NCBI GenBank assembly: GCA_036381615.1
Contig: DASVCL010000014.1
Location: forward strand, 6,621-70,620
Reading direction: 5' to 3'
DNA: 64,000 nt
Source of the DNA: Alphaproteobacteria bacterium
GTDB lineage: Bacteria; Pseudomonadota; Alphaproteobacteria; CACIAM-22H2
A model generated the notes under the pieces. It was not told the DNA's origin. It made no database searches and saw only the letters and a program-made list of their open reading frames with translations. How positions within the stretch are numbered: the stretch's first letter is position 1; every line of letters starts with the position of its first letter. Below, in pieces: positions 36,408 through 48,084 of the stretch. A program made the translations under genes and the position numbers.

Positions 36408-37007
36408 TCAGACAGGTTCGTTCTCGGTCATATAACGGTCCGGATTCGCCGGGCTGGGGATCTCGCGGCGCTCCACGGCCCGCTGAATTTGCGGCATCAG
36501 CTCGCCAAGCTCAAGGAACGTGTCCGCCTGGCGGCGAAGTTCGTCGGCGATCATCGGCGGCTGGGAGCGGACGGTCGAGACCACGGTGACGCGCACCCCC
36601 TTGCGCTGCACGGCCTCGACCAAGCGGCGAAAGTCGCCGTTGCCCGAGAACAGGATTGCGTGGTCGAGGCGTTCGGCCATCTCCATCATGTCGACGGCAA
36701 GCTCGATGTCCATGTCGCCTTTGGCCTTGCGTCGGCCGTAGGCGTCGGTGAACTCCTTGATCGGCTTCGTGACCATTGTGTAGCCGTTATAGTCGAGCCA
36801 GTCGATCAGCGGGCGGATCGGCGAATAGTCCTGGTCCTCGACGAACGCGGTGTAATAGAAGGCGCGGACCAGTCTGCCCTTGCTCTGGAACACGGACAGC
36901 AGGCGCTTGTAGTCGATGTCGAACCCGAGGGCGCGCGCGGCTGAATACAGACTTGCGCCGTCAATGAAGAGAGCCAGTCTTTCTTCCGGATAAAATGCCA
37001 TTCCCAT
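36408..37007 (-). CDS. NYN/LabA-like (DUF88) domain protein
   Basis: LALFIDGASLYSAARALGFDIDYKRL...GDMDIELAVDMME...LFSGNGDF. Start at ATG 37007 or 37001. Confidence 0.8.
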   Translation of the reverse strand: MGMAFYPEERLALFIDGASLYSAARALGFDIDYKRLLSVFQSKGRLVRAFYYTAFVEDQDYSPIRPLIDWLDYNGYTMVTKPIKEFTDAYGRRKAKGDMDIELAVDMMEMAERLDHAILFSGNGDFRRLVEAVQRKGVRVTVVSTVRSQPPMIADELRRQADTFLELGELMPQIQRAVERREIPSPANPDRYMTENEPV

Positions 37008-37109
37008 GACCCCGACAGTATTAACGGAAATAACTTGTAAGAGAAGCGCGCGCCAGGGCGTCGAATCAAGCAGAGGATTCGACAGAAAACACGCAGGAAT
37101 CCGGCCGGC

Positions 37110-37619
37110 ATGATCTTGGTGGCAATTGGGGCAAATTTGCCAGGGCCTGCCGGTTCGCCTCGGGCCCAATGCGAGGCGGCGCTCGCCCTTCTGGAGGAGG
37201 CGGGTATCGCGGTAACGCGGCGGTCGCGCTGGTTCGAATCGGCGCCGATGCCGCCGTCCGCACAGCCGTGGTTCGTCAATGGCGTCGTCGCCCTGCGGAC
37301 GACGCTCGGCCCGGTCCCGCTTCTGGCAGAGCTTCACCGCATCGAAGCCGCGCTCGGCCGGATGCGGACCGTGCCGAACGCGGCCCGGACGATCGACCTC
37401 GACCTGCTCGACTATGACGGGATCGTCCGGCCCGGACCGGAGCCGCCGATCCTGCCGCATCCCCGGATGCACGAACGGCGCTTCGTGCTGCTGCCGCTCG
37501 CCGACATCGCCGCGGACTGGCGCCATCCGGTGACGGGCCGGACCGTGGCCGAGCTGGCCGCCGAGGCGCCGCCGGAAGACATTGCGCGTCCGCTCGCGGC
37601 TTCCCAAATGGATGATTGA
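37110..37619 (+). CDS. folK: 2-amino-4-hydroxy-6-hydroxymethyldihydropteridine diphosphokinase
   Basis: RWFESAP...RTIDLDLLDYDG...PHPRMHERRFVLLPLADI is the HPPK signature. Confidence 0.9.
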   Translation: MILVAIGANLPGPAGSPRAQCEAALALLEEAGIAVTRRSRWFESAPMPPSAQPWFVNGVVALRTTLGPVPLLAELHRIEAALGRMRTVPNAARTIDLDLLDYDGIVRPGPEPPILPHPRMHERRFVLLPLADIAADWRHPVTGRTVAELAAEAPPEDIARPLAASQMDD

Positions 37620-37748
37620 GCACGTCGTTACCGTCGCGCCGTCGTCCGGACCCGCCGCGTTGTTACGCGCCCGCGGTAACGCCTTGCTATGAGCCCATAA
37701 TCTTCTTATATTAAGGGTTTAGCCCCTGACCTCGGAGAGATCGGTTTA

Positions 37749-38141
37749 ATGGCTCGCGTAACCGTCGAGGACTGCGTCCTCAAGATTCCCAATCGTTTCG
37801 ACCTCGTCATGCTTGCGGCGCAGCGCGCCCGCGAGATCAGCGCCGGTGCCCCGCTCACGGTCGAGCGTGACAATGACAAGAACCCGGTGGTCGCGTTGCG
37901 AGAGATCGCCGAGAGCTCGACCGACAACGACAATCTTCGCCAGGCGCTGATTACCGGCCTGCAGAAGCATGTCGAGACGGAAGAGCCGGAAGAAGACATG
38001 ATGGAGCTTCTCGCCGCCGAGCGCGACGTGGCCGGCGTGCCGTACGAGGCTTCGGCCGAAGGCGCCGAGGACGAGATGTCCATCGAAGAAGGGGCGGGCG
38101 AGGACGCCAGCGAAGCTTCCGAGACCGGCGAGGAGGAGTGA
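37749..38141 (+). CDS. rpoZ: DNA-directed RNA polymerase subunit omega
   Basis: [30 protein letters not shown] is the canonical N terminus. It has an acidic tail. Confidence 0.95.
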   Translation: MARVTVEDCVLKIPNRFDLVMLAAQRAREISAGAPLTVERDNDKNPVVALREIAESSTDNDNLRQALITGLQKHVETEEPEEDMMELLAAERDVAGVPYEASAEGAEDEMSIEEGAGEDASEASETGEEE

Positions 38142-38220
38142 CGCCGGCGGCATTGCACGCCACGTCATCGCGGCGCTGCCGGCCGGCGGCGCCGCCCCCG
38201 CGGCTCTGGGACAGTGAGCC

Positions 38221-40362
38221 ATGATCCGCCAATACGAACTCGTCGAACGCGTTCGCGCCTACGATCCCAATGTGGACGAGGATGCGCTGAACCGCGCCTA
38301 CGTTTTCTCGATGAAGGTGCACGGGTCGCAGAAGCGCGCTTCTGGCGACCCGTATTTCTCCCACCCGCTGGAAGTCGCGGGCATTCTCACCCAGTTCAAG
38401 CTCGACAGCGCCTCGATCGTGACCGCGCTGCTTCACGACACGGTCGAGGACACGCTCACGACGATCGAGGAAATCGAGCGGCTGTTCGGGCCGGAGATCG
38501 CCCGGCTCGTCGATGGCGTCACCAAGCTGTCGCGGCTGGAGCTGCAGTCGGATCAGAGCCGGCAGGCGGAGAACTTCCGCAAGCTGGTCATCGCGATGTC
38601 AGAGGATATTCGTGTCCTCCTCGTGAAGCTCGCGGACCGCCTGCACAACATGCGGACGCTCCATTACATCAGCAATCCTGAGAAGCGCCTGCGGATCGCA
38701 CGCGAGACCATGGAGATCTACGTGCCGCTGGCGGAGCGCATCGGCATGCGCAACATGCAGGACGAGCTCGAGGACCTCGCGTTCGCACAGTTGAATCCCG
38801 ACGCCCGGGACTCGATCATCGCGCGGCTCAAGTTCCTGCGCGAGCGCGGCGGCGACATCGTGACGCGCATCACGGACCAGCTCAAGCGCGTGCTGGCCGA
38901 GGACGGGCTCGACGCATGGGTGTCGGGCCGCGAGAAGACGCCGTACTCGATCTGGCGGAAGATGCAGCGCAAGAACGTCGGGTTCGAGCAACTGTCCGAC
39001 ATCATGGCGTTCCGCGTGGTCGTCGAGAACGTTGCCGACTGTTACCGCGCCCTCGGCGTGATCCATTCGCGCTATCCGGTCGTTCCGGGCCGCTTCAAGG
39101 ATTATGTGTCGACGCCGAAGCCGAACGGATACCGCTCGATCCACACCGGTGTGTTCGGGCCGGAGCAGCAGCGCATCGAGGTCCAGATCCGTACGCGCGA
39201 GATGCACGAGGTCGCCGAGTACGGAGTCGCGGCCCACTGGAAATACAAGTCGGGCGAGGCGAAGACCGACGGCAAGCAATATCGGTGGATGCGCGAGCTG
39301 CTCGATATTCTCGAGCACGCCTCGTCGCCGGAGGAATTCCTCGAGCATACCAAGCTCGAGATGTTCCAGGACCAGGTGTTCTGCTTCACGCCGAAAGGCG
39401 ATCTGATTGCGCTGCCGCGCGGCGCGACATTGGTCGACTTCGCCTACGCCGTGCACTCGGAGGTCGGCGATCATTGCGTCGGCGGCAAGATCAACGGCCG
39501 CATGATGCCGCTCAAGACGGCGCTGTCGAACGGCGATCAGGTCGAGATCATCACGTCCAAGGCGCAGACCCCGTCGCCGACATGGGAGCGTTTCGTCGTC
39601 ACGGGCAAGGCGCGCGCGCGGATCCGGCGTTTCATCCGCACGCAGCAGCGTGCCCAGTTCGTCGCTCTCGGCCGCTCGATGGTCCAGAAGGCGTTCCGCC
39701 AGGAAGGCTACGAGTTCACCGAAAAGGCGATCGAGGGGGTGCTGAAGGTCTTCAAATGCGAGGAGCCTGACGATCTCTACGCCGCGGTCGGCGAGGGCAA
39801 GATCTCGGAGCGCGAGGTCATCGGCGCCATCTTTCCGGGCATCAAGACGCCGGCCAAGCCGTCGAAGGTGGTGCCGCTGTCGCGCGGCCGCGCCAAGGAC
39901 AAGAACCGGACCGGCGCAATCCCGATCCGGGGCCTCATTCCGGGCATGGCGGTACACTATGCCGGGTGCTGCCATCCGCTGCCGGGCGATCGCATTGTCG
40001 GCATCGTCACGACGGGCAAGGGCGTCACGATCCATACGATCGACTGCGACACGCTTGCGAGCTTCGCCGACATGCCGGAACGCTGGATCGACGTGGCATG
40101 GGAGGCGCCGGACGAGGGCGAAACGCGCGTCGGCCGCATTGCCATTGTCGTCGCCAACGAACCGGGCAGCCTCGGTGCGCTCTCGACCGTCATCGCGCGC
40201 AACAGCGGCAACATCACGAACCTGAAGATCACGAACCGAAGTCAGCAGTTCTGGGAGATGCTGATCGACATCGAGGTGCGCGACCTGAAACATCTCACTA
40301 ACATCATCGCGGCGCTGCGGGCGACACCGGCGATCAGCTCGGTCGACCGGGCGCGCGGCTGA
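38221..40362 (+). CDS. spoT: bifunctional (p)ppGpp synthetase/hydrolase (RelA/SpoT homologue)
   Basis: HD domain (HPLEVAGIL...LLHDTVEDT), synthetase domain (YRSIHT), and TGS and ACT regions. Confidence 0.95.
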   Translation: MIRQYELVERVRAYDPNVDEDALNRAYVFSMKVHGSQKRASGDPYFSHPLEVAGILTQFKLDSASIVTALLHDTVEDTLTTIEEIERLFGPEIARLVDGVTKLSRLELQSDQSRQAENFRKLVIAMSEDIRVLLVKLADRLHNMRTLHYISNPEKRLRIARETMEIYVPLAERIGMRNMQDELEDLAFAQLNPDARDSIIARLKFLRERGGDIVTRITDQLKRVLAEDGLDAWVSGREKTPYSIWRKMQRKNVGFEQLSDIMAFRVVVENVADCYRALGVIHSRYPVVPGRFKDYVSTPKPNGYRSIHTGVFGPEQQRIEVQIRTREMHEVAEYGVAAHWKYKSGEAKTDGKQYRWMRELLDILEHASSPEEFLEHTKLEMFQDQVFCFTPKGDLIALPRGATLVDFAYAVHSEVGDHCVGGKINGRMMPLKTALSNGDQVEIITSKAQTPSPTWERFVVTGKARARIRRFIRTQQRAQFVALGRSMVQKAFRQEGYEFTEKAIEGVLKVFKCEEPDDLYAAVGEGKISEREVIGAIFPGIKTPAKPSKVVPLSRGRAKDKNRTGAIPIRGLIPGMAVHYAGCCHPLPGDRIVGIVTTGKGVTIHTIDCDTLASFADMPERWIDVAWEAPDEGETRVGRIAIVVANEPGSLGALSTVIARNSGNITNLKITNRSQQFWEMLIDIEVRDLKHLTNIIAALRATPAISSVDRARG

Positions 40363-40375
40363 CGGGAGCACGGCC

Positions 40376-41146
40376 ATGAAGAGATATCTTCGCTTGGGCG
40401 TCAACATCGACCATGTCGCCACGATCCGGAATGCCCGGGGCGGCCGTCATCCCGACCCGGTCCGGGCCGCACGGTTGGCCGCGCAGGCCGGAGCCGACGG
40501 CATTACGGCGCATCTACGGGAGGACCGGCGCCACATCTCGGACGACGATATCCGCCGCCTGTCTTCCGAGATCGATCTGCCGCTGAACCTCGAGATGGCC
40601 GCGACCGACGAGATGCTCGAGATCGCCTTGCGTCACCGCCCTCATGCCGCCTGCATCGTGCCGGAGCGACGCGAGGAACGTACGACCGAGGGGGGGCTCG
40701 ACGTCGTCCGCGGATACGACCACCTGGCGCGTTTCGTGCGCGAACTGTCCGCCGCCGGGATCCGCGTGTCCTTGTTCATCGAGCCGGACCGTGCTGCGCT
40801 GGATGCGGCGAAGGCGCTTGGGGCGCCCGTGGTCGAGCTGCATACCGGTGCGTATTGCGACGCTTGGTCCGAGGAACCAGGCGGCAGCCGCGCGCGGCGC
40901 GAACTCGACCGCATCGTCGCCGCCGCGGCGCACGCCGAGGCGCTCGGGCTGGAGTGCCATGCGGGCCATGGCCTCAGCTTCGACACGGTCGTTCCGGTTG
41001 CAATGATTCCGACCATCGTCGAACTCAATATCGGCCATTTTCTCGTCGGCGAAGCGATCTTCAGCGGGTTGGACAGCGCCATCAAGCGCATGCGCAGCCT
41101 TATGGACAAGGCGCGCGCCGAAGCCGGCGGCGAACGGTCGGCCTGA
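40376..41146 (+). CDS. pdxJ: pyridoxine 5'-phosphate synthase
   Basis: [16 protein letters not shown]...[12 protein letters not shown] is the canonical PdxJ pattern. Confidence 0.95.
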   Translation: MKRYLRLGVNIDHVATIRNARGGRHPDPVRAARLAAQAGADGITAHLREDRRHISDDDIRRLSSEIDLPLNLEMAATDEMLEIALRHRPHAACIVPERREERTTEGGLDVVRGYDHLARFVRELSAAGIRVSLFIEPDRAALDAAKALGAPVVELHTGAYCDAWSEEPGGSRARRELDRIVAAAAHAEALGLECHAGHGLSFDTVVPVAMIPTIVELNIGHFLVGEAIFSGLDSAIKRMRSLMDKARAEAGGERSA

Positions 41147-41194
41147 GCGGACAAGGTCGGCCGGCCCCGTGCCGGTCGGATCGGGCATGAGGCA

Positions 41195-41629
41195 ATGATT
41201 CTGGGCATCGGCAGCGACCTCGTCGACATCGGACGGATCGAGCGGACGCTTGCACGGTTCGGCGAGCGCTTCATCACCCGGATCTTCACGGAAATGGAGC
41301 GGCGCCGAAGCGAAGGGCGGGCCGACCGCGTCGCCAGCTATGCGCGCCGCTTTGCCGCCAAGGAGGCCTGTGCCAAGGCCCTCGGTACGGGGTTCCGCCA
41401 CGGGGTCTATTGGCGCGACATGGGCGTGGTCAACCGGCCGGGCGGTCAACCGACGCTGGCGCTTACCGGCGGCGCGCTCGTCCGCCTCAATCAGCTGGTG
41501 CCGCCGGGCATGGTGGCGCGAATCGACCTGTCCATGACCGACGATCCGCCGGTCGCGCAGGCGATCGTGATCATTTCGGCCGAGCCGGCCGCCGCGCGCG
41601 GTGAGGCGATACAGGGCGGCCGCGCTTGA
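41195..41629 (+). CDS. acpS: holo-[acyl-carrier-protein] synthase
   Basis: [16 protein letters not shown]...[14 protein letters not shown]. Confidence 0.92.
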   Translation: MILGIGSDLVDIGRIERTLARFGERFITRIFTEMERRRSEGRADRVASYARRFAAKEACAKALGTGFRHGVYWRDMGVVNRPGGQPTLALTGGALVRLNQLVPPGMVARIDLSMTDDPPVAQAIVIISAEPAAARGEAIQGGRA

Positions 41630-41699
41630 CAGGGGCGGTCCCGCAAGGCTCTATCCGCCTTGTAATTCACGAGAGTGTTCCGACGACTTGTTCTTCCGC

Positions 41700-42479
41700 A
41701 TGAAAAGCAACGAAACGGCTCCGACCCGCAAGTCGTCGGGCGGATTTGTCGAATTCCTCAAGACCGTCGTGTGGGCCGGCGTGATCGCGCTCGGCATCCG
41801 CACGGTCGCGGTCGAGCCCTTCAACATACCGTCGGAGTCGATGGTGCCGAACCTGCTGGTCGGCGACTATCTCTTCGTCTCGAAATTCTCTTACGGCTAC
41901 AGCCGCTTTTCGCTGCCGGGCTGGCTCACCGGCATCGACGTTCTCGATGGCGGTCGGCTGTTCTTCACGGCGCCGGAGCGCGGCGACGTGGCCGTTTTCA
42001 AGCTTCCGCGCGACACGGGCGTCGACTACATCAAGCGCATCATCGGCCTTCCCGGCGATCGGATTCAGGTTCAGCAAGGCGTGCTTTACATCAACGGCGA
42101 ACCGGTCCGGCGCCAGCGCATCGAGGACTTCGTCAAGCGCGAGGGCGGCATCGTGACCCGGGTGCCGCAATACATCGAGACGCTGCCGAACGGAAAGCGG
42201 TACCGGGTCATCGAATATTCCGATCACGGTACGCTCGACGACACGCCGGCCTATTTCGTTCCGGAAGGCCATTACTTCGCCATGGGCGACAACCGCGACA
42301 ACTCTCTCGACAGCCGTGTGCCGGCAGCGAACATGGGGGTCGGATTCATTCCGGCGGAGAATCTCGTGGGTCGCGCCGAATTCCTGTTCTTCTCGACCGA
42401 TGGCAGCGCGCGTCTGTGGGAATTCTGGAACTGGCCGGCCGCGATCCGCTACAGCCGCATCTTCAAGACCATTGAGTAA
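41700..42479 (+). CDS. lepB: signal peptidase I
   Basis: Has PSESMVPNLLVGDYLFV (catalytic Ser), IKRIIGLPGD and GDNRDNSLDSR. Start at ATG 41700 (MKSNETA). Confidence 0.92.
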   Translation: MKSNETAPTRKSSGGFVEFLKTVVWAGVIALGIRTVAVEPFNIPSESMVPNLLVGDYLFVSKFSYGYSRFSLPGWLTGIDVLDGGRLFFTAPERGDVAVFKLPRDTGVDYIKRIIGLPGDRIQVQQGVLYINGEPVRRQRIEDFVKREGGIVTRVPQYIETLPNGKRYRVIEYSDHGTLDDTPAYFVPEGHYFAMGDNRDNSLDSRVPAANMGVGFIPAENLVGRAEFLFFSTDGSARLWEFWNWPAAIRYSRIFKTIE

Positions 42480-43185
42480 GAAACTTCAGGACCGGCCGGA
42501 GGACCTCAAGACACTCGAGGCGGCCATCGGCTATCGCTTCGCCGATCCGCAACTGCTGCACGGGGCCTTGCGCCACTCCAGCATTCCGGCGGGGCGGGGG
42601 CGGGTGCGCGGCACCGACTTCGAACGTCTGGAGTTCCTCGGCGATCGCGTTCTTGGCCTCGTCGTCGCCGATCTCCTGATGTCCAAGTTTCCGAACGAAT
42701 CGGAAGGAGACCTGGCCCGGCGTCATGCCGCACTCGTCAGCCGCCGCACGCTGGCGGACGTGGCCGGTGAGATCGAGCTCGGCCGCTATCTGCGCCTGAC
42801 GCGGGGAGAGGACGAATCGGGCGGCCGGCGGAAGCCCAGCGTGCTCGCCGACGCCTTCGAAGCGGTGATCGGCGCGATATATCTGGACGGCGGCCTGGCG
42901 GCGGCGGCGCAGCTCATCACGACGTTGTATGCGACGCGCGTGTCCGGCGGCACCAAGCCGCCGCGCGACCCGAAGACGGCGCTGCAGGAATGGGCGCAGG
43001 GCCGGGGCCTGCCGTTGCCGAGCTATCAGACGGTAAAGGTCGAGGGACCGGCGCATCAGCCGCGCTTCGAGGTCGAGGTGCGCGTGAGCGGGTTCGACCC
43101 GGCGCGCGCCGAGGGGCCGTCGAAACGCAATGCCGAACGGGCCGCGGCGGCTGCCCTGCTCGAGCGGCTCGCGGCGGACGAATGA
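42472..43185 (+). CDS. rnc: ribonuclease III
   Basis: Has ERLEFLGDRVLGL, DAFEAVIGAIYLDGG and a dsRBD. Start placed at TTG 42472, overlapping the lepB stop; the ORF-track start at 42316 would overlap lepB by 164 nt. Confidence 0.9.
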   Translation: MSKKLQDRPEDLKTLEAAIGYRFADPQLLHGALRHSSIPAGRGRVRGTDFERLEFLGDRVLGLVVADLLMSKFPNESEGDLARRHAALVSRRTLADVAGEIELGRYLRLTRGEDESGGRRKPSVLADAFEAVIGAIYLDGGLAAAAQLITTLYATRVSGGTKPPRDPKTALQEWAQGRGLPLPSYQTVKVEGPAHQPRFEVEVRVSGFDPARAEGPSKRNAERAAAAALLERLAADE

Positions 43186-44096
43186 GCGCGACCATGGGAG
43201 AGCGCCAAACGCATTGCGGTTTCGTCGCCGTGCTCGGTGCGCCGAACGCGGGAAAGTCGACGCTCGTCAACCGGCTGGTCGGGGCCAAGGTGTCGATCGT
43301 GTCGCCGAAGGTCCAGACGACGCGCACGCGGATCACTGGCATTGCGATCCAGGAAAACACGCAGATCGTGTTCCTCGACCTGCCGGGAATCTTCGTCCCG
43401 CGCCGGCGCCTCGACCGTGCCATGGTCGATGCGGCATGGCGCGGCGTCGAGGATGCCGACACCGCACTGGTCCTCGTCGATGCTGCGCGCGGCATCGACG
43501 AGGACACCGAGACCATCCTCGCCGGACTGAAGACGCGCGAGATCAAAGCGGTTCTCGTCCTCAACAAGATCGACCTGGTGAAACCGCCGGTGCTGCTGCA
43601 GCTGTCGGCCGATCTCAACGCGCGGACGAGTTTCGAGGCGACTTTCATGGTGTCGGCCGCGACGGGCGATGGCGTGGACGACCTCATGCGCTTTCTGGTC
43701 GCGCACATGCCCGAAGGCCCCTGGCTCTACCCCGAGGATCAGCTGACCGACCTGTCCGAGCGTCTGCTCGCCGCCGAAATCACGCGCGAGCAGATCTTCC
43801 TTCAGCTTCACCAGGAGCTCCCCTACAGCGCGGCGGTCGAAACGGAAAAGTGGGAGAATTTCGCCGACGGGTCCGTTCGCATCGACCAGACGATCTTCGT
43901 CCAGCGCGAGGGCCAGAAGAAGATCGTCATCGGCGAGAAGGGGAACCGCATCAAGTCGATCGGCGCGGCCGCACGGGCGGAACTCGCACGCGTGCTCGGT
44001 CGCAAGGTGCACCTGTTCCTCTACGTCAAGGTCGCGGAGGACTGGGCGGAGCGGCGTGAGTTCTTTCGGGCCTGGGGCCTCGAATACGACGTCTGA
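43182..44096 (+). CDS. era: GTPase Era
   Basis: GAPNAGKSTLVN, DLPG, NKID and a KH domain. ATGA overlap with the rnc stop. Confidence 0.95.
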   Translation: MSATMGERQTHCGFVAVLGAPNAGKSTLVNRLVGAKVSIVSPKVQTTRTRITGIAIQENTQIVFLDLPGIFVPRRRLDRAMVDAAWRGVEDADTALVLVDAARGIDEDTETILAGLKTREIKAVLVLNKIDLVKPPVLLQLSADLNARTSFEATFMVSAATGDGVDDLMRFLVAHMPEGPWLYPEDQLTDLSERLLAAEITREQIFLQLHQELPYSAAVETEKWENFADGSVRIDQTIFVQREGQKKIVIGEKGNRIKSIGAAARAELARVLGRKVHLFLYVKVAEDWAERREFFRAWGLEYDV

Positions 44097-44138
44097 TCGG
44101 ATGCACTGGCGCGGATCGCTTCGTTAGAGTCGCCGGCG

Positions 44139-44885
44139 ATGGAATGGCATGACCAGGGAATTGTCCTCGCACGCCGGCGTCATGGCGAATCGTCGGCGAT
44201 CGTGTCGCTGTTCACGCGGGATCATGGTCGCCATCTCGGTCTCGTGCGCGGCGGCAGCGGTCGCCGCGGCGCCGGCGTGTATCAGCCGGGGAATATCGTA
44301 AGCGCCGGCTGGCGCGGGCGCCTGCCGGAGCACCTCGGCGCCTTTTCGTGCGAGCTGGTCGAGAGCATTGCGGCGCGTCTTCTCGACGATCCGCTGCGTC
44401 TGGGGGCGCTGACCTCCGCCTGTGCGATCGTCGAGGCGACCCTGCCCGAACGCGAGCCGCATCGCGGCCTCTATGAGGCGACGCTCGATCTGGTTCGCCG
44501 CCTCGATCAGCCGGACTGGGCCGCCCGTTACGTGCGCTGGGAATGCCAGGCCTTGGCCGATCTCGGGTTCGGGCTCGAGCTTGGCCGTTGCGCGGTCACG
44601 GGCCAGACCCACGACCTCGCCTTCGTATCGCCGCGGTCGGGCCGGGCCGTCAGCCGCGAGGCGGGGCGCGCCTATGCCGACCGCTTGTTCGCGCTGCCGT
44701 CGTTCCTCGGCGACCCGGCCGGCGAAGCTCCCGACCCGGCGAGCGTGCTCGAAGGCCTGCGCATTACCGGGCACTTCCTCGAGCGCAACGTGCTGACCGC
44801 GAACGACCGGCCGATGCCGGCCGCGCGTACTCAATTCGTAGAGAGATGGAGACGCGCGGCCACAAATTCTGGTAAAAAGGTTTAG
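44139..44885 (+). CDS. recO: DNA repair protein RecO
   Basis: [32 protein letters not shown]... RecO pattern, in its conserved position after era. Confidence 0.9.
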   Translation: MEWHDQGIVLARRRHGESSAIVSLFTRDHGRHLGLVRGGSGRRGAGVYQPGNIVSAGWRGRLPEHLGAFSCELVESIAARLLDDPLRLGALTSACAIVEATLPEREPHRGLYEATLDLVRRLDQPDWAARYVRWECQALADLGFGLELGRCAVTGQTHDLAFVSPRSGRAVSREAGRAYADRLFALPSFLGDPAGEAPDPASVLEGLRITGHFLERNVLTANDRPMPAARTQFVERWRRAATNSGKKV

Positions 44886-44908
44886 AACGAACTGAGAACT
44901 CGAAATCG

Positions 44909-47131
44909 ATGGCAACAAAGACGCTACCTGCTGCCGAAATCCGCCCCATCCCGCTCGCCGATGCGCTTGGGGAGCGCTACCTGTCCTACGCGCTGTCGAC
45001 GATCATGTCGCGCTCGCTGCCGGACGTGCGCGACGGCCTCAAGCCGGTGCACCGGCGGCTGCTCTATGCGATGCGTCAGCTTGGCCTCGACCCGGAGGCG
45101 GGCTTCAAGAAATGCGCGCGCGTGGTCGGTGACGTCATCGGCAAATACCATCCGCACGGCGACACGGCCGTTTACGACGCGCTCGTCCGGCTCGCCCAGG
45201 ATTTCGCGCAGCGCTACCCGCTGGTGGACGGGCAGGGCAATTTCGGCAACATCGACGGCGACAATGCCGCGGCCATGCGGTACACCGAAGCGCGCCTGAC
45301 GGAGGTCGCGCAGGCGCTGCTCGAGGGCATCGACGAGGACGCGGTCGACTTCCGTTCGACATACGACGGCGAGGGCGAGGAGCCCGTCGTCCTGCCCGCG
45401 AGCTTTCCCAATCTGCTTGCCAACGGTGCCGCCGGCATCGCCGTGGGCATGGCGACGAGCATTCCGCCGCATAATGTCGGCGAGGTCTGCGCCGCTCTTC
45501 TGCACCTGATCAAGTTTCCGAAGGCGACCGTCGCCAAGCTGGTCGAGCTCATGCCGGGGCCCGATTTCCCGACCGGCGGCGTGCTGGTCGAATCGCGGGA
45601 GTCGGTGGTGCAGGCCTATGCCACGGGCCGGGGCAGCTTCCGCGTGCGTGCCAAGTGGGAGGTCGAGAAGCTTCCGCACGGCCAGTACCAGATCGTCGTC
45701 ACCGAGATCCCGTACCAGGTTCAAAAGTCGCGGCTGATTGAGAAGATTGCCGAACTGCTGGCCGAGAAGAAGCTCGCGCTGCTCGCGGACGTGCGGGACG
45801 AATCAGCCGAGGACGTACGGCTGGTGCTTGAGCCGAAGAGCCGCAACGTCGATCCGGCCGTACTGATGGAGTCGCTCTTCCGCCAGACCGATCTCGAGAT
45901 CCGCTTCCCGCTCAATATGAACGTGCTGGACGCGAACAACGTCCCGCGCGTCATGAACCTGCGCGAGGTGCTGCAGGCCTTCCTCGATCACCGCCATGAG
46001 GTGCTGATCCGCCGGTCGCGCTTCCGGCTCGGCAACATCGAGCGGCGGCTGGAGATTCTCGACGGATATCTGATCGCCTACCTCAATATCGACGCGGTGA
46101 TCCGCATCATCCGCAACGAGGACGATCCCAAGACGGTCATGATGCGCAAGTGGCAGCTGACCGAATTGCAGGCCGATTCGATCCTGAACATGCGGCTGCG
46201 AGCGTTGCGCAAGCTCGAGGAGATCGAGATCCGCAACGAGCACAAGAAGCTGAGCCAGGAGAAGAGGGAACTGTCCGATCTTCTCAAGGACGAGAAGAAG
46301 CGCTGGCAGCGCATCAGCGAAGAGATCGGCGAGATCCGCAAGCGCTTCGGCGAGAAGACCGCCCTCGGCAAGCGGCGTTGTGAGATTGCCGACGCGCCGG
46401 CCCCGGTGATCGTTCCGGTCGAGGCGCTGATCGAGCGCGAGCCGATCACGATCGTCTGCTCGGAGAAGGGCTGGGTGCGCGCCTTCAAGGGGCACCTCGA
46501 TGACCTGTCCGATATCCGCTACAAGGAAGGCGATCGGGAGCGGTTCAGCCTTCGGGCCGAAAGCACCGACAAGCTTCTGGTGTTCGCCACCAACGGACGA
46601 TTCTACACCATCGCTTGCGATCGGCTGCCGGGCGGCCGTGGCGACGGCGAGCCGCTCAAGCTGATGCTGGATCTCGGCAGCGCCGATGTGGTCCAGCTTC
46701 TCCTGTTCAAGGGCGGGCGCAAGCTGGTCGTGGCCTCCAGCGACGGCCGCGGCTTCATCGTTCCCGAGGACGAGGTGTTCGCGCAGACGCGCGCCGGCAA
46801 ACAGGTCCTCAACCTGCCCGAGGGCGTGGAGGCGCGGGCCTGCGCGGTGGTGGAAGGCGATACGGTTGCCGTGATCGGCGAGAACCGCAAGCTGCTGCTG
46901 TTCCCGGTTGCGGAACTTCCGGAAATGACGCGTGGGCGCGGCGTTATCCTGCAGCGCTATCACAGCGGCGGATTGTCGGATCTCAAGGTATTCAACCGGG
47001 CCGACGGGTTGTCCTGGCGCGCCGGCAACGGGGTTCGCACCGAAACCAGTCTGCGCGACTGGCTCGGCGAGCGCGGACAGGCCGGGCGCCTGCCGCCCAA
47101 CGGGTTCCCGCGTGCGAACCGGTTTACTTGA
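44909..47131 (+). CDS. parC: DNA topoisomerase IV subunit A
   Basis: [25 protein letters not shown]...[10 protein letters not shown] is a GyrA/ParC signature. At 740 aa with no GyrA box, it is consistent with ParC. Confidence 0.9.
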   Translation: MATKTLPAAEIRPIPLADALGERYLSYALSTIMSRSLPDVRDGLKPVHRRLLYAMRQLGLDPEAGFKKCARVVGDVIGKYHPHGDTAVYDALVRLAQDFAQRYPLVDGQGNFGNIDGDNAAAMRYTEARLTEVAQALLEGIDEDAVDFRSTYDGEGEEPVVLPASFPNLLANGAAGIAVGMATSIPPHNVGEVCAALLHLIKFPKATVAKLVELMPGPDFPTGGVLVESRESVVQAYATGRGSFRVRAKWEVEKLPHGQYQIVVTEIPYQVQKSRLIEKIAELLAEKKLALLADVRDESAEDVRLVLEPKSRNVDPAVLMESLFRQTDLEIRFPLNMNVLDANNVPRVMNLREVLQAFLDHRHEVLIRRSRFRLGNIERRLEILDGYLIAYLNIDAVIRIIRNEDDPKTVMMRKWQLTELQADSILNMRLRALRKLEEIEIRNEHKKLSQEKRELSDLLKDEKKRWQRISEEIGEIRKRFGEKTALGKRRCEIADAPAPVIVPVEALIEREPITIVCSEKGWVRAFKGHLDDLSDIRYKEGDRERFSLRAESTDKLLVFATNGRFYTIACDRLPGGRGDGEPLKLMLDLGSADVVQLLLFKGGRKLVVASSDGRGFIVPEDEVFAQTRAGKQVLNLPEGVEARACAVVEGDTVAVIGENRKLLLFPVAELPEMTRGRGVILQRYHSGGLSDLKVFNRADGLSWRAGNGVRTETSLRDWLGERGQAGRLPPNGFPRANRFT

Positions 47132-47226
47132 GCCACGGCCGCGTCTATAAGGCATCCCGATTCCTGAGACCGCACGGCTACCGGCTGCCGAGGGTGCCGG
47201 CAGACCATCAACTTTTTGAGGGAGAC

Positions 47227-47820
47227 ATGAAGCAGGCGGCCGTTCGCCCGACCTTGATCGAGCGATTGTGGCCCAGCGAGGGCGCTGCGGCGATGCGTAC
47301 GATCGTGCTTGTAGTGCTGGGGACCGCGCTGCTGACCGCGTCGGCAAAGGTCCAGGTCCCGATGTGGCCAGTCCCGATGACCATGCAGTCGTTCGTCGTC
47401 CTGGTCATCGGCATGGCCTATGGGGCACGCCTCGCCGCGGCAACGGTGGCACTCTACCTGATCGAAGGCGCGTTCGGGCTGCCGGTGTTCGCCGGAACGC
47501 CCGAGAAGGGCGTCGGCTTGGCATACATGGTCGGACCGACCGGCGGATATCTCCTCGGGTTCCTGGTCGCCGCTGCCGCGATGGGCTGGCTTGCCGAGCG
47601 GGGTTGGGATCGCTCGCTGCCGCGTGCCATGTTCGCCATGGCGATCGGGACGGTGCTGCTGTTCGCGCCGGGCGTCGCGTGGCTTGTCGTTCTGTTCGGT
47701 GCCGAGAAGGCGGTGGCGGTCGGTGTCGTTCCGTTCATCTTGGGCTCGGTCGTCAAGCTTGGGCTTGCAGCCGCCGTACTGCCTCTGGCATGGAAGGCGG
47801 TCGAGACGCGGCGGATCTGA
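47227..47820 (+). CDS. bioY: biotin transporter BioY
   Basis: VQVPMWPVPMTMQSFVVLVIGMAYG...GPTGGYLLGF is the BioY signature. ATG behind a GAGGGAGA SD. Confidence 0.88.
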   Translation: MKQAAVRPTLIERLWPSEGAAAMRTIVLVVLGTALLTASAKVQVPMWPVPMTMQSFVVLVIGMAYGARLAAATVALYLIEGAFGLPVFAGTPEKGVGLAYMVGPTGGYLLGFLVAAAAMGWLAERGWDRSLPRAMFAMAIGTVLLFAPGVAWLVVLFGAEKAVAVGVVPFILGSVVKLGLAAAVLPLAWKAVETRRI

Positions 47821-48084
47821 GGCCGCGTCGTCCGGCGCAGGAAGGCGGAAAATTAACGAATAAGGACCCGCGGCTGAAATGAAGAAGCCGCGTGGCGGCG
47901 ACGGGAAGGCGTAACGTAGACGAACCGGCGGCATCCGGATGCCGCCGCAACTGGGGGACGTGATCCATGCGAGCTGCTGCGGCTCGCGCCGTGCGACTAT
48001 TCGATTCTGGCGGCTGTCATGGCCGCATCTCGGTTTCGGGTCCGGGTCGGATCACCCGTTTCTCGCAACAGAGAGGGTAGGGGC

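Noticed and set aside
42316-42471. Long upstream start for rnc given by the ORF track.
   Set aside because: It would overlap lepB by 164 nt and add a non-conserved N-terminal extension. TTG at 42472 gives the usual ~13 residues before LEAAIGY.
47926-47947. 22-bp perfect palindrome CGGCGGCATCCGGATGCCGCCG between bioY and the TRAP permease genes, considered as a terminator or REP-like element.
   Set aside because: There is no T tract and no other copies in the window. It is probably a simple GC-rich hairpin, and there is not enough evidence for a specific call.
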